A stretch of 64,000 nt of DNA from Longimicrobiales bacterium (GCA_965116905.1 OZ220732.1:2912001-2976000), one strand, 5' to 3'. Shown: positions 38,326 to 48,391, numbered from the stretch's first letter. The notes: a model not told the origin generated them from the sequence alone. Numbers and translations: made by a program.

Positions 38326-39729
38326 TCACCAGCCCGCCGACAGCCGCAGATGGCCACCATCGAACGGCGCCCGCCCGAAATTGTCCACGTCCCAACTGAC
38401 CCCGGCCGTCACCGCGAAGCCCGACCGGAACCGGTGGCCCGCTTCCGTGATCAGTCGCTGATTCTGCCCGGTGAGCCAGGGCGCCAGGTAGCCCGCATCG
38501 CGGTCCAGGTGGGCGTAGGCCAGGCGGCTCGTCCATCCGGCCTCCGGGTATCGGACGAGAGCCGCCCGGGCGAAAACCGCATGATCACGGTGCTCGCGGC
38601 GGGCGCCCCCTGCCGGCGAGCGCCATTCGGGTCGCCGCACCCGCTCCAGCTCCGTCTCGACCGCCCACGGCCAGCTCAGGCGGGTCCGTGCACGGGCGCC
38701 CACGGTCACCGTTTGCTCGCGCCGTGTGAAGCCGAGCCCGCTCGCGGGGGCCAGCCGCTCGGTGTCGGCCCGCGCCCAGGTGCCGTACAGCGCCAACGTC
38801 ACGCGCTCGAGCGGTGCGACCTGGAGGAGTGCTCCCAGGAACGCGACCCGTTCGAACTGGGTGAACGGAGCAAGACCGGTTGCCGGGAAGGTCACCCGTA
38901 CCTCGCTTCTTCGACTCGATCCCGCGTGCAGCTCCGCTCGCCAGCGTGACGCCGCGGCCCTCAGGGTCGTGCGAGCGGCAAGGGGAGCCCCCGCGTAGTC
39001 GTAGTGGGCGTCCACCTCGTCCGCCCTCACTCCCAGACCCTGGAAGATCGCTTCGTTGAAGGCGTCGAGTGCTGCGAGGCGCACCTCCAGCGTCCAGCTC
39101 CGGTCTTCCCTGTCTCTCCAGGAGCGTGCCAGCGCGAACTCCACGTCTGCGGATGGCTTGAAGTAGTGGACCCCGATCCCCACCTGCGCGTTCCACGACG
39201 TTCCGAGCACGTCGCGCCAGCGCATGCCGACCCACGGGTAGTCGCGCCGTGCCGTGAGCGATCGCTCTCGACGGTAGCGTGCCATCAGGTCCACCGGGCC
39301 GGAGACGTGCATCTCCTGGCGCCAGTCCACGATGTTGAGGATGTGCGGATGGCTGATCGAGGCCCCGGCAATCCGAAGGCCGTTGGGCAGCTCGGACCAG
39401 CGTGCGTCTTCGCCCGGATGGAAGAGGCTCCCGCGGATCTCCAGCTCGTACTCGGCGTGCATTTCAGGGTTGAACCGCTGGAAGATGCCCTCCTCCGCCA
39501 GACGGCCGTAGTAGGCACCGTCGCGGTCGAGTAGGGACAGCCACACCTGATCCGCCCACGTCGCCAGAGTCGCGACAGCCGCCGAGTCGGTCTCGCTCGC
39601 AGGGGAGGTTGCGGATCGCTCTGCGTCCGACTGGGCGCGGAGCGACGGCACGGCCAATGGGGAAGCTCCTGCCAGTAGGGCGGTGGCCGCGAGCCCCCCG
39701 ATTGCGTGCTTGAGCGTCATCCTCGTCAT
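38326..39729 (-). CDS. Hypothetical outer-membrane beta-barrel protein
   Basis: Signal peptide, alternating beta-strand pattern, C-terminal Trp. Confidence 0.65.
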   Translation of the reverse strand: MTRMTLKHAIGGLAATALLAGASPLAVPSLRAQSDAERSATSPASETDSAAVATLATWADQVWLSLLDRDGAYYGRLAEEGIFQRFNPEMHAEYELEIRGSLFHPGEDARWSELPNGLRIAGASISHPHILNIVDWRQEMHVSGPVDLMARYRRERSLTARRDYPWVGMRWRDVLGTSWNAQVGIGVHYFKPSADVEFALARSWRDREDRSWTLEVRLAALDAFNEAIFQGLGVRADEVDAHYDYAGAPLAARTTLRAAASRWRAELHAGSSRRSEVRVTFPATGLAPFTQFERVAFLGALLQVAPLERVTLALYGTWARADTERLAPASGLGFTRREQTVTVGARARTRLSWPWAVETELERVRRPEWRSPAGGARREHRDHAVFARAALVRYPEAGWTSRLAYAHLDRDAGYLAPWLTGQNQRLITEAGHRFRSGFAVTAGVSWDVDNFGRAPFDGGHLRLSAGW

Positions 39730-39760
39730 CCTCTACCCCCGCGCTTCCTCGCTCCTGCTG

Positions 39761-40249
39761 CTAGGGCGTGCTCGCCGGGGGCTCCGCGAGCCTGATTTCC
39801 ATCGTGCTCTCCCGCGCCCGCGGTTCGGTCGCCCCCGCCAACATATAGCTGGCCCCCAGCTTCTTCAGGGCGTCGGCATAGGCCTGGTCGACGTCCAGGA
39901 CGATTCCGTCCAGGTCCTGGGGCACCCGTGCCTCAATGTTCACGATGGTCTTGTCGAGCTTGACCTGACCGGCCGGATCCGTCTGAAAAACCGAGTGCCA
40001 GGACGGCTCTCCGTAGGTATAACGCCGGCAGAAGACGCGCTCACCTACCGTGACGAACATGAGTGTGATGAATCGGTGGGTATACCCTGCCCTGATCTCG
40101 TGCTTCAGGGAGTTGTCAACCAGGTCGGCTAACTCGCGCTGAGTCTTCGGGTGTGGCATGGGGCCTCGCATGGCCATTCGGATTGGCCGGAGCGCTTGCC
40201 CGGCCAGCAGTCGCGGTATCCCAAGGGCGGTTTCCAGTAACGATGACAT
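39761..40249 (-). CDS. DUF2255-like protein
   Basis: MFVTVGERVFCRRY..SW, VDQAY..K, RESTMEI pattern. Confidence 0.55.
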   Translation of the reverse strand: MSSLLETALGIPRLLAGQALRPIRMAMRGPMPHPKTQRELADLVDNSLKHEIRAGYTHRFITLMFVTVGERVFCRRYTYGEPSWHSVFQTDPAGQVKLDKTIVNIEARVPQDLDGIVLDVDQAYADALKKLGASYMLAGATEPRARESTMEIRLAEPPASTP

Positions 40250-40552
40250 GATCGATGTCTCCTCTCACTGACGATCAGCGCTCGCGCGTCACCTACTCAT
40301 ATACTCATATACTCATGCGTCACGACCGGTTCTTGCGTCCGGACACCGATCCCGTTCCATTTGGGGAGCTTTGCGAAACGCACCCGTCCGGGCAACTCCA
40401 TGGACCACTGCCAGTATCCATGGGGTACAATGAGCATTCCAGACGGCCCTCGCGACCGGCGGGATAGCACCCATGCTCGAAGCCAACACCGCCGGCAAGA
40501 CATTGCGGTGCCTCATCGCCGTTTGGCCGGCCCGGGCGACGAGGCCTGATTC

Positions 40553-43500
40553 GTGAATCCCATCACGAGGTGGTGGGAGGTGACCCGGTGGGAGTTCCAG
40601 GCTGGAGTGCGCCAACCCGTCTTCTGGCTCCTGCTCGCCCTTCTGGGAATAGTGGCGTGGACTGAATCGGGGGATCCGGTTCACGCATACACCAGCGAGA
40701 TCGCACGTACCGGGATCTGGCCCTACAACACCTCGGCCGTCAGCCAGGGCCTGCGCCAGGGGCCCCTCCTGCTGATGGTCGCCCCATGGTCCCTGGCGAT
40801 GACATTGGGGCTGGTGGTGATCCGGGACATCGAACTGAGGATCGTGGAGGTCTTCAACTCGACTCGCCTCACGCCTAAAGAGTATGTGTGGGGCAAGTTC
40901 TCGGGTTTGACAGGGTTCTTCCTGCTCGTCTGGGGTTTGTACCTGGTGTTGTCGATGGGGTTCGACCATATCGTTCTGGGCAGCGGAGGACACCATCTTA
41001 TCGGTCCGTTCACTCTCCGCAACTACCTGATGCCGACGCTGCTGATCGGCCTGCCGCAGATCCTCTTCTATGCGGGCTTGTCGTTGTTCATCGGTACATG
41101 GACGCGGCGCCCTGTACTGGTCTTTCTGTTCCCGGTGGTGTTGCTCCTGTACTGGTTCACGCGATGGTGGGGTTTGGTGCCGCAATCGATCATGGAGACG
41201 GTGGCGCTCCTTGAGCCAAGCGGCGTTTTCTGGGTTAACGACGCCTTCATCCGCGGCCAGGCGACTGAGCAAATAGACACGGCCGCTCTGATCCCCGACG
41301 TGGGTTTCCTGCTCAGTCGGCTGATGTGGGCGGGCCTGGGACTGACGGGCGTTGCCGGGGCCGCCATCATCTACGCCCGACAGGTCCAGACGGGTGTCTC
41401 TGGACGTGGGCTCAGGTCCGCACGCGGGGCGACCGGGTTCCTGCGCGGTCCCCGTGCAACCGCCGCCGAGAACCGACCTCAAGCCGAGCCGACCCTGGCG
41501 GACCTGCATATGACCACCCGCCCGCTCGGGTTCTGGCGGGCCGCCAACGCCATTGTGCGCAGCGAGGTCCGGGACCTGCTCGTGCGGCCCGGGATGTATC
41601 TCTGCGTGCCCCTGATCCTGTGGATTGCGACGGCAAGTGCGGGCGTGATCGACTCCCTGCTGACTTCGGGGATCGCGGCGTCACGGCAGTACACCGAACT
41701 CAGCATGCTCGTGTGCCTGCTTCTGCTCTTCTACACAGTGGAATCGCTGCACAAGGAACGTAGCCGGCGCATGCACGAGATCTTCGGGTCCGCACCCGTA
41801 CGCACCGGCGCCATTCTTTTCGGCAAGGCGCTGGGAAACAGCGTCATGGCGGCATTCATCCTCGCGGTCGCGGTGCTCGTCAATGCGGGGATCATCGTGT
41901 ACCGGCAGATCGTCCACGGTAGCCCGACAGGCTTCGAACTCTGGCCTTTCGTCGCGGTCTGGGGCGGGGTGCTCCTCCCCACCTTCATCTTCTGGACGGC
42001 GCTGATGACGGCGCTCTTCGCGCTGTTCCGCAATCGCTACATCGTCTACGGGGCCGGAATGGCGGTGTTCATCTTCACGCTGCGGGTCTCGATAGATGAA
42101 CAATTCAAGACCTGGGGCATCAACTGGATGGGCCAGGGCGTTCTCACCTGGAGCGACATGGGTGCCTTCGCGCCGCACGGCTACCCGTTACTGTTGAACC
42201 GCCTCCTCTACCTCAGTCTGGTCCCGTTGCTGATTGCTCTCTCGGTCCGGTGGTTCCGGCGACGGGACCTCGACGCCACCGGACTGGCGGGCCGCCTGAG
42301 TCCCACGCAGCTGCTCCGGGACGCAGTGCGGGTGCTTCCCCTGGCCCTCCCGGCGATCGTGCTGGCATCGATGCTAGTGATCGGCGGTCGCTCCGGTTAT
42401 CAGGGGCCGGCGACCGAGGAGTGGGAGAAGGACTACTGGACCCGCAACGTCGCGACCTGGGAGGGTTTCAGGATGCCGTCGGTGTCCCATGTGGATCTGG
42501 ATCTCGACATCGAGCCCTCCGAGCGCTCCGTGGCGGTCAATGGCGCGTATACCTTCCGCAACCACCGCGACTACGGGTACGAACGGTTTCCGCTGACGGC
42601 CGGCCCGTGGGAACCGATCGAGTGGACGCTGGGAGGTGATCCGTACGAGCCGGAGAACCGCGATGGCCTCTACATCTTCACGCCTGACCAGCCCCTGGAG
42701 CCCGACGATACCGTCACTGTCGGCTTCCAATACCGGGTCGTAGTCCTCGCGGGCATCAGCAGAACACCCGAGCCCGTTGGCAAGTTCATCCTGGAATCCG
42801 GGGTCAACATCGATGGCTTCGCGCCGGTCTTCGCACCGGTTCCGGGATACCGGCCCGAAATCGGTTCGGAACTCCACGATCCGCCGGAGTACAGGGACGG
42901 CTTCCACGAGGGCCGGACGGAGCCTGTGACCCTGTGGGCCGGGCCTGGCTTCACCGTACGGACAAGGATCACGATGCCGCAGGAGTACACCGCCAACGGC
43001 GTCGGAGGGCTCGTGAGCGACGAGAGATCCAATGGCAGGCGCACGGTGGTGTGGGAGACGGACTCTCCCGTGGCCATGTTCAACGTGGTCGCCGGAAGGT
43101 ACGCCGTGAGGGAGGGTGAGGGCACGGTGATCTACTATCACCCGGAGCACGACTACAATATCGAGGAGATGGCCCTTGCCCTCGACGCCGCGCGGGAGTA
43201 CTACGCGGAGTGGTTCCATCCCTTCCCGTGGAGCGTGCTCAAGCTGTCGGAGTACCCGGGCTACCTGGGCGGCGCGCAGGGGTTTCCAACGAACATCGTC
43301 ATCAGCGAAGCCCAAGGCTTCCTGGACAAGAGCGAACCGGGTTCTCGGGGCCCTTTCTCAATTGTCGCGCACGAGGCGGCACACAACTGGTGGGGTGCGC
43401 TGCTCACACCGGGAGAGGGTCCGGGAGGCGACGGTTTCCTGTCCGAGGGGATGGCCAACTACGCCACCATGCTCCTGTTGGAGCGGGTCTACGGGGACCG

Positions 43501-44134
43501 CGAGCGGATGGCGTTCAGCAGGCTGCGCGAGCGCGACCATGTCAGGTTCCATCACCCGGATTTCTCTCTCCCGCCGGTCCAGACCAGTGGCGGCGACTAT
43601 GACCGAGGGCCCTGGGTGATGTGGATGCTGCAGCAGGAGATGGGCCGGGAGAACCTTCTTTCGGGACTGCGCGCGTTCATTGCGGAATACAAGGCGGGCC
43701 CGGACTATCCGGTGATTCAGGACATGCTCGCCGTATTGCGTGACTTCGCGCCCGACACGGTGGCGTTCGATTCCTTCGCCGAGCAGTGGTTCTTCAGCTC
43801 GGTGTTGCCGGAATACCGGTTGTCCGACGTGACGAAAGCGCGGCGAGGGGATGAATGGGTGGTACGGGGGAGGATCGAGAACGTGGGTACGGGACGAATG
43901 CGAGTGCAGGTGGCGGCCACGGCCGGTGTGCGTTGGTCGGAGGAGGGCGAGGATGCGGGCAGCCCGGCGGTGGTGGCCGAGGGTTATCAGGACGCGCGTA
44001 CCGAGGTGATGCTGGGCCCGGGCGAGTCGGCCAGGTTCGTGGTTCGTGGCGGGTTCGAGCCCGAGCGCGTGGTGCTCGACCCGGATGTGATGGTGCTGCA
44101 ACTCCGGCGCCGTGATGCTGTGTTCGAGTTCTGA
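40553..44134 (+). CDS. ABC-2-type permease fused to an M1-family aminopeptidase
   Basis: Two permease-like TM blocks; C-terminal AQGFP, VAHEAAHNWWG, LSEGMANY, LDPD. Confidence 0.85.
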   Translation: MNPITRWWEVTRWEFQAGVRQPVFWLLLALLGIVAWTESGDPVHAYTSEIARTGIWPYNTSAVSQGLRQGPLLLMVAPWSLAMTLGLVVIRDIELRIVEVFNSTRLTPKEYVWGKFSGLTGFFLLVWGLYLVLSMGFDHIVLGSGGHHLIGPFTLRNYLMPTLLIGLPQILFYAGLSLFIGTWTRRPVLVFLFPVVLLLYWFTRWWGLVPQSIMETVALLEPSGVFWVNDAFIRGQATEQIDTAALIPDVGFLLSRLMWAGLGLTGVAGAAIIYARQVQTGVSGRGLRSARGATGFLRGPRATAAENRPQAEPTLADLHMTTRPLGFWRAANAIVRSEVRDLLVRPGMYLCVPLILWIATASAGVIDSLLTSGIAASRQYTELSMLVCLLLLFYTVESLHKERSRRMHEIFGSAPVRTGAILFGKALGNSVMAAFILAVAVLVNAGIIVYRQIVHGSPTGFELWPFVAVWGGVLLPTFIFWTALMTALFALFRNRYIVYGAGMAVFIFTLRVSIDEQFKTWGINWMGQGVLTWSDMGAFAPHGYPLLLNRLLYLSLVPLLIALSVRWFRRRDLDATGLAGRLSPTQLLRDAVRVLPLALPAIVLASMLVIGGRSGYQGPATEEWEKDYWTRNVATWEGFRMPSVSHVDLDLDIEPSERSVAVNGAYTFRNHRDYGYERFPLTAGPWEPIEWTLGGDPYEPENRDGLYIFTPDQPLEPDDTVTVGFQYRVVVLAGISRTPEPVGKFILESGVNIDGFAPVFAPVPGYRPEIGSELHDPPEYRDGFHEGRTEPVTLWAGPGFTVRTRITMPQEYTANGVGGLVSDERSNGRRTVVWETDSPVAMFNVVAGRYAVREGEGTVIYYHPEHDYNIEEMALALDAAREYYAEWFHPFPWSVLKLSEYPGYLGGAQGFPTNIVISEAQGFLDKSEPGSRGPFSIVAHEAAHNWWGALLTPGEGPGGDGFLSEGMANYATMLLLERVYGDRERMAFSRLRERDHVRFHHPDFSLPPVQTSGGDYDRGPWVMWMLQQEMGRENLLSGLRAFIAEYKAGPDYPVIQDMLAVLRDFAPDTVAFDSFAEQWFFSSVLPEYRLSDVTKARRGDEWVVRGRIENVGTGRMRVQVAATAGVRWSEEGEDAGSPAVVAEGYQDARTEVMLGPGESARFVVRGGFEPERVVLDPDVMVLQLRRRDAVFEF

Positions 44135-44942
44135 CCGGATACGGGTTCGCAACCAGGGGGACCGTGTCCCGCAACGCTTCTCGCCGTTCACGCATTGCCT
44201 GGGCACGTTCCGCGATGGTCTCGCGTTGCTTCTGTCGCTCGATTTCCAACCAGGCACGAAGGAAGAATTGGTATTCCCCTCGCCGCTCAACAGGCAGACC
44301 GAACCCGCAGTTTGAAGCATCGAAGCGCTCACTGCAGGTTGGTATGACGATTCCGCCGAGGTAGATCAGGCCCGGGCCGGCGCCCCAGAGCCTTCCTTCC
44401 GCGTCCTGAGTCGTCCATGTGGCGAAGGCCCAAGGGTCGGTCGGCTTGGTTCTCGATTCCCCACCACGGCCGGCACGCACGCTCATCGGTACCACTCTCG
44501 TGAATGCCGAATCCGGAAGTGCACGACGGACGTTACGCCAGAGCAAGGGATTGGCAAAGCGGCCCTGGAGAGCGGCGGCGGGTGCCGTGTCCGTGTTGTG
44601 CGGCCGCTCGAAGTCGCGAGTGGGCGATGGATCCACCGGCCCGATCGTCGGTGCGGCCGGTGGTTCTTCGGGAACGAACTCCGCCACCTCCGCAACGACT
44701 CCCTCGGTCTCTTCGGTCGCCGTTTCAGCCGATTCGAGTTGCGTCATCTGCTCGGGTACGACGATTCCGGAGATCCGGATGCCGGTAGGATTGTCCGGCA
44801 ACCTGGGGGTCTTCACAAAACGGTCCGTCACTGGGCCGGGGTACGATACCGCGAAGCCAATGAGTGCATGGATCACGACCGACGCGGCCATGCAGATCGC
44901 AAGAAGACGGTGGCTCTGCCTACGCCGGGCTTCAACGCCCAC
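43794..44942 (-). CDS. Hypothetical membrane-anchored Pro-rich protein; 3' end runs antisense into the M1 gene
   Basis: ASVVIHAL TM, Pro/Glu linker, W.....G..WG..PG.I.LGGI.IP domain; last ~120 aa look like read-through. Confidence 0.55.
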   Translation of the reverse strand: MGVEARRRQSHRLLAICMAASVVIHALIGFAVSYPGPVTDRFVKTPRLPDNPTGIRISGIVVPEQMTQLESAETATEETEGVVAEVAEFVPEEPPAAPTIGPVDPSPTRDFERPHNTDTAPAAALQGRFANPLLWRNVRRALPDSAFTRVVPMSVRAGRGGESRTKPTDPWAFATWTTQDAEGRLWGAGPGLIYLGGIVIPTCSERFDASNCGFGLPVERRGEYQFFLRAWLEIERQKQRETIAERAQAMRERREALRDTVPLVANPYPVRTRTQHHGAGVAAPSHPGRAPRARARTRHEPRTWPTRPGPASPRYARPDNPRPPPPGCPHPRPPPTNAHRPWPPPALAFVPYPRSRSSPVPPIHPLAALSSRRTTGIPATPS

Positions 44943-45219
44943 GCGATCTCACTCTACCCGGAACATTGCACGGCACTCGCCCTACGGAACGGTACTCCCC
45001 ACGTGACCCGTCACCGCCCGGAATCCCTCAGGCCTTCGGTCCATTGTGACTCACTCTACCGTCAGAGGGGTTGCCGAGGGCATTGGAGTTGCCCCGCCCT
45101 GGCGGACACCATTTGGTGAGCTCCAACGGAGTTGACACAACCCTCCCGGTGGCCTCCGTATTGCTGGATACAACCTTCGTGAACCTTCCGCAGACGCGGG
45201 TCCGGACTGGCCGCCCAGA

Positions 45220-46482
45220 ATGCTCCGCACATCGCACGTTCTAACTGCCGCAGCGCTTTCCGCAACCGCCGTCGCCTGCGGTGACACTGCATCGGACGCG
45301 CCCACCGCCGGCGGCAGTGCCGAGGTCGCCACAACGCCCACCCCCGTCACCACCGTCGATTCCGCGGGCGTGGAGATCGTCCGGGTATCGGATGTCCACA
45401 CGCTCGACCTGCCTGAAATGGAGCTGCGACTCCTCCATTCCACCGCCGCGATTCCCGATCTCTTCTTCGAGACGGTCATCGCGGCGGCTTTTCTGCCGGA
45501 TTCGTCGCTGGTCATCGGCGACAGCCGGCTGTTCGAGCTCACCTTCCTTGAACCCGACGGGACGGTCCGCGCGCGCTCGGGCCAGGCAGGCGAGGGGCCG
45601 GGGGAGTACCTGGACATCACGAGAATCGCGGTTGGTCCGGATGGCGCGCCGTTCGTTTTTGATTGGCGTCAGCGCCGGCTCACCTTTCTGGACTCGCAGG
45701 GCGCGGTGACCGACATCATCCGCCTGGAGCAGGGAGCGGGTCTCGGGGCGGCCGTCCCGTTGAGTCGCCTGGGGAGCGGAGAGGTGGTCGCGGCACTGGA
45801 AACGCGGCCGACCCTGCCCCCGGGAATCCAGCGAGGTCCGGTCTTCCTCGTGCTCGCGAACGACGCGGGTGAGATCGTCGATACGCTCGGCCAGTGGGCG
45901 GGCAAGGAGCGCCATGTCGCCGACGACTGGAATCCCGTCGGATTCGGCCTCACCGCGCTCTTTGCCGGACGCGGGGAACACGCGCTCGTCGGCACGAACG
46001 ATTCGCTGAACCTCACACTCTACAGGGGAGCCGCCCCGGTCACCCGGATTCGCGGCGGGTATTCGCCGCGCATGGTTACGGCAGCCGAGAAGGAAGCGTG
46101 GACCGAGACATTCCTGGGTATCTTCCCCGAGGAAGCTCGCCCGAGCTGGCGCCGGAGGCTGGAGCAGTCGACGGTGCGGGACACCTATCCGGCCTATGGG
46201 GCGGTCGGCGTCGATGCCGATGGCAGGATCTGGATCGGCGACTACCCGAAGCTGGCCGACGAGATGCGCCGCTGGACGATCCTCGAGGCGGACGGGACGC
46301 CGGTCGGGACGCTGAGCCTCCCGGTGCTTCGACCGATCTGGCTGGAGGATACGGTCGCCGTGACGGGCCAGCCACACGAGGTACTGGATGTGGCGCACGG
46401 AAGGATCGCCGTGCTGAGGCGGGACGAGCTGGGCGTGGAGTTCGTAGAGGTGTATGAGTTGGCAGGGCGACCCGGTGCCTGA
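45220..46482 (+). CDS. Beta-propeller (6-bladed/NHL-like) lipoprotein
   Basis: AVAC lipobox, DSAGVEIV, GEGPGEY, DADGRIW, RDELGVEFVEVY. Confidence 0.75.
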   Translation: MLRTSHVLTAAALSATAVACGDTASDAPTAGGSAEVATTPTPVTTVDSAGVEIVRVSDVHTLDLPEMELRLLHSTAAIPDLFFETVIAAAFLPDSSLVIGDSRLFELTFLEPDGTVRARSGQAGEGPGEYLDITRIAVGPDGAPFVFDWRQRRLTFLDSQGAVTDIIRLEQGAGLGAAVPLSRLGSGEVVAALETRPTLPPGIQRGPVFLVLANDAGEIVDTLGQWAGKERHVADDWNPVGFGLTALFAGRGEHALVGTNDSLNLTLYRGAAPVTRIRGGYSPRMVTAAEKEAWTETFLGIFPEEARPSWRRRLEQSTVRDTYPAYGAVGVDADGRIWIGDYPKLADEMRRWTILEADGTPVGTLSLPVLRPIWLEDTVAVTGQPHEVLDVAHGRIAVLRRDELGVEFVEVYELAGRPGA

Positions 46483-47296
46483 CCTGGGCAGGGCCAACTA
46501 CTGGGACACGCTGGCCCCGCATCATTGGCGCATCGAGAACAACTACCTGGACGTGGCAAGCGTGCGTCTGATCCTCGGCGACGTTCACGAGCCCGTCCTG
46601 GTCGTCGGCGCCGGGCAGGGACTGATCGTCGAGGAGCTGCGGCGTCAGGGGCTCCGATGCGACGGCATCGACCTGAGCGCCAGGATGATGGAGTACGCCA
46701 GGCTGCGAAGAGGCCTGACCCTGGTGCGCGCCAATGCGGCCGCGATGCCGTTCGCCGATGGGTCCTATGAGACGGTCATCGTTGCGACCGGCGTCATCGA
46801 CTTCATGGCCGATGCGCAGGAGATCGAGACGGTCCTGCGTGAAGCGAACCGGATCGTGTCGGGAACGGGCAATGTCTTCGTCGCGTTCTACAGGTTCAGT
46901 GCGGCGCAGAAGCGCTTCCTGACCTGGCTTGGACTTCTGCGGGAAGACACTCTGCACGCACGATCGGCGCTGGTGCTGCACCGCCTCGGCTTTCGTGCGC
47001 TGGTGGCGTGGGTTGCAAAGGCCGCCGGAATCAGCGCGTTCCGGGCCGCTCTGTTGTGCATCCGCACGGGCCTTGAATCGACCAAACAGGAACGCCGGGT
47101 GGCCCTCGCAATGCGACGGGTGTTCGCTCAGGCCGACGATCCCGACGCCTTCATCGCAGCGATGCCGGAGGCTCAGCCGTACCGGGACAGGTCGGCAATC
47201 GGACGCCTGTTCGACGCCTTGTCGATGCGCATCGAGGACTGGCAGGCGTCGAGCAGCTGCCAACTGGCACGAGTGGCGCAGCTGGAAGCCCAATGA
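46454..47296 (+). CDS. Class I SAM-dependent methyltransferase
   Basis: VVGAGQG, GIDLS..M, A.AMPFADGSYE; start may be GTG 46475. Confidence 0.8.
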   Translation: MSWQGDPVPDLGRANYWDTLAPHHWRIENNYLDVASVRLILGDVHEPVLVVGAGQGLIVEELRRQGLRCDGIDLSARMMEYARLRRGLTLVRANAAAMPFADGSYETVIVATGVIDFMADAQEIETVLREANRIVSGTGNVFVAFYRFSAAQKRFLTWLGLLREDTLHARSALVLHRLGFRALVAWVAKAAGISAFRAALLCIRTGLESTKQERRVALAMRRVFAQADDPDAFIAAMPEAQPYRDRSAIGRLFDALSMRIEDWQASSSCQLARVAQLEAQ

Positions 47297-47400
47297 TCAT
47301 CATCCGCCTGGACCCTCGGCTCTTTGCGGGGGTACCGGTCACTGAAAACCCGTCGGCGGGCCCGCCGGCGTTAGCTTTGTCCGAAAATGGGAGTCCCACC

Positions 47401-48027
47401 ATGAGATATTCGCTCGCACCCGTCCTCGGCGCATTCCTGCTGGCCATCCCGGCAACCGAAACCCAGGCGCAGGGGAGAACCACCGATCTGATCCTCGGAG
47501 CCGGCGGGACCATGAGCTACGCGACGGACGAGGAAGCCACCGAGAGCCGCATCGGACTGAATGCCGCGGCAGGATTCTCCCTGCGGGTGACCGAGATGGT
47601 CGGCCTTCGCGTGGAGGGCGGCTTTATCCAGAAGGGTGCCGGCGCGGAAATCAGCGAAGATGGCGCGATCGGGCAGGCGGACATCGAGGTCGACTATGGC
47701 GTCCTGCGCGGTCTGCTCGAGATCGGCGGCGATCTGCACATCCTCGCCGGCGCGAGCGTGGGGCGCGACCTCGGATGCAATGTGGCCATCGACGTTTCGG
47801 TCGAAGGGGTCGACCTGTCCACCGACCAGACCTGCGACGAGATGAACCTCGACAGGAACGACGATTTCGGGATCACCGGCGGGTTGGGCTACAACGCCGG
47901 GCTCATCGGTGCGACGCTGCTGTTTACCGAGGGGCTGACCGAGATCTTCGCCGACGAAAACGCACCGCAAGGCAGGAACCGCACCATCTCGCTCGTCGGA
48001 ACCATCCGCATTCCGATCATCGGATAG
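47401..48027 (+). CDS. Outer-membrane beta-barrel (porin/OmpA-like) protein
   Basis: Signal peptide ending QAQ; E..FIQKGA, DY, paired Cys, DFGITGGLG. Confidence 0.7.
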   Translation: MRYSLAPVLGAFLLAIPATETQAQGRTTDLILGAGGTMSYATDEEATESRIGLNAAAGFSLRVTEMVGLRVEGGFIQKGAGAEISEDGAIGQADIEVDYGVLRGLLEIGGDLHILAGASVGRDLGCNVAIDVSVEGVDLSTDQTCDEMNLDRNDDFGITGGLGYNAGLIGATLLFTEGLTEIFADENAPQGRNRTISLVGTIRIPIIG

Positions 48028-48028
48028 G

Positions 48029-48388
48029 GACGGCTTCCACGACACCGAGCTTGCACTCTTTCTCCCGCGCTTCCGGATGTCCTACGAACGCACGCTGAAC
48101 GACGACCTGACCGCCCTTGGCATGGTCGACGCGTTCGATCAGCGGGCGGACCTTACAAGACTCTCGCCGGTCGGAGGCTTGTGGATCTCCAGCGTGAAGC
48201 AGAAGTCCTGGGTGGACGTCAACGAAGAAGGCACCGAGGCCGCCGCCGCAACCGTGGTCACGGTGGTCGAGAGCGCCAGCCCCGTCCTTCGGGCCGACCG
48301 GCCCTTCCTCTTCGTCATCAGGGAGCGCCTGTCGGGCACCATCCTCTTCGTCGGGAAGGTTGCAAGCCCACCGGAGGTCGCAAGCTAG
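48029..48388 (+). pseudogene. C-terminal fragment of a serpin (serine protease inhibitor)
   Basis: LPRFR, LGMVDAF..ADL, VNEEGTEAAAAT hinge, ADRPFLFVIRE..GTILFVG; the N-terminal part is absent. Confidence 0.88.
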
Positions 48389-48391
48389 CCA

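Noticed and set aside
45098..45114. Possible attR copy of the tRNA-Arg 3' end (CCTGGCGG...CATTT)
   Set aside because: Only 8 contiguous identical bases, which is expected by chance at this GC content.
45079..45127. Fluoride (crcB) riboswitch resemblance GGCATTGGAGTTGCC...GAGCTCCAAC
   Set aside because: It lacks the conserved GAUG and UAAUGAC/UGAUGAC elements and no fluoride-related gene follows; kept only as a generic structured-RNA candidate.
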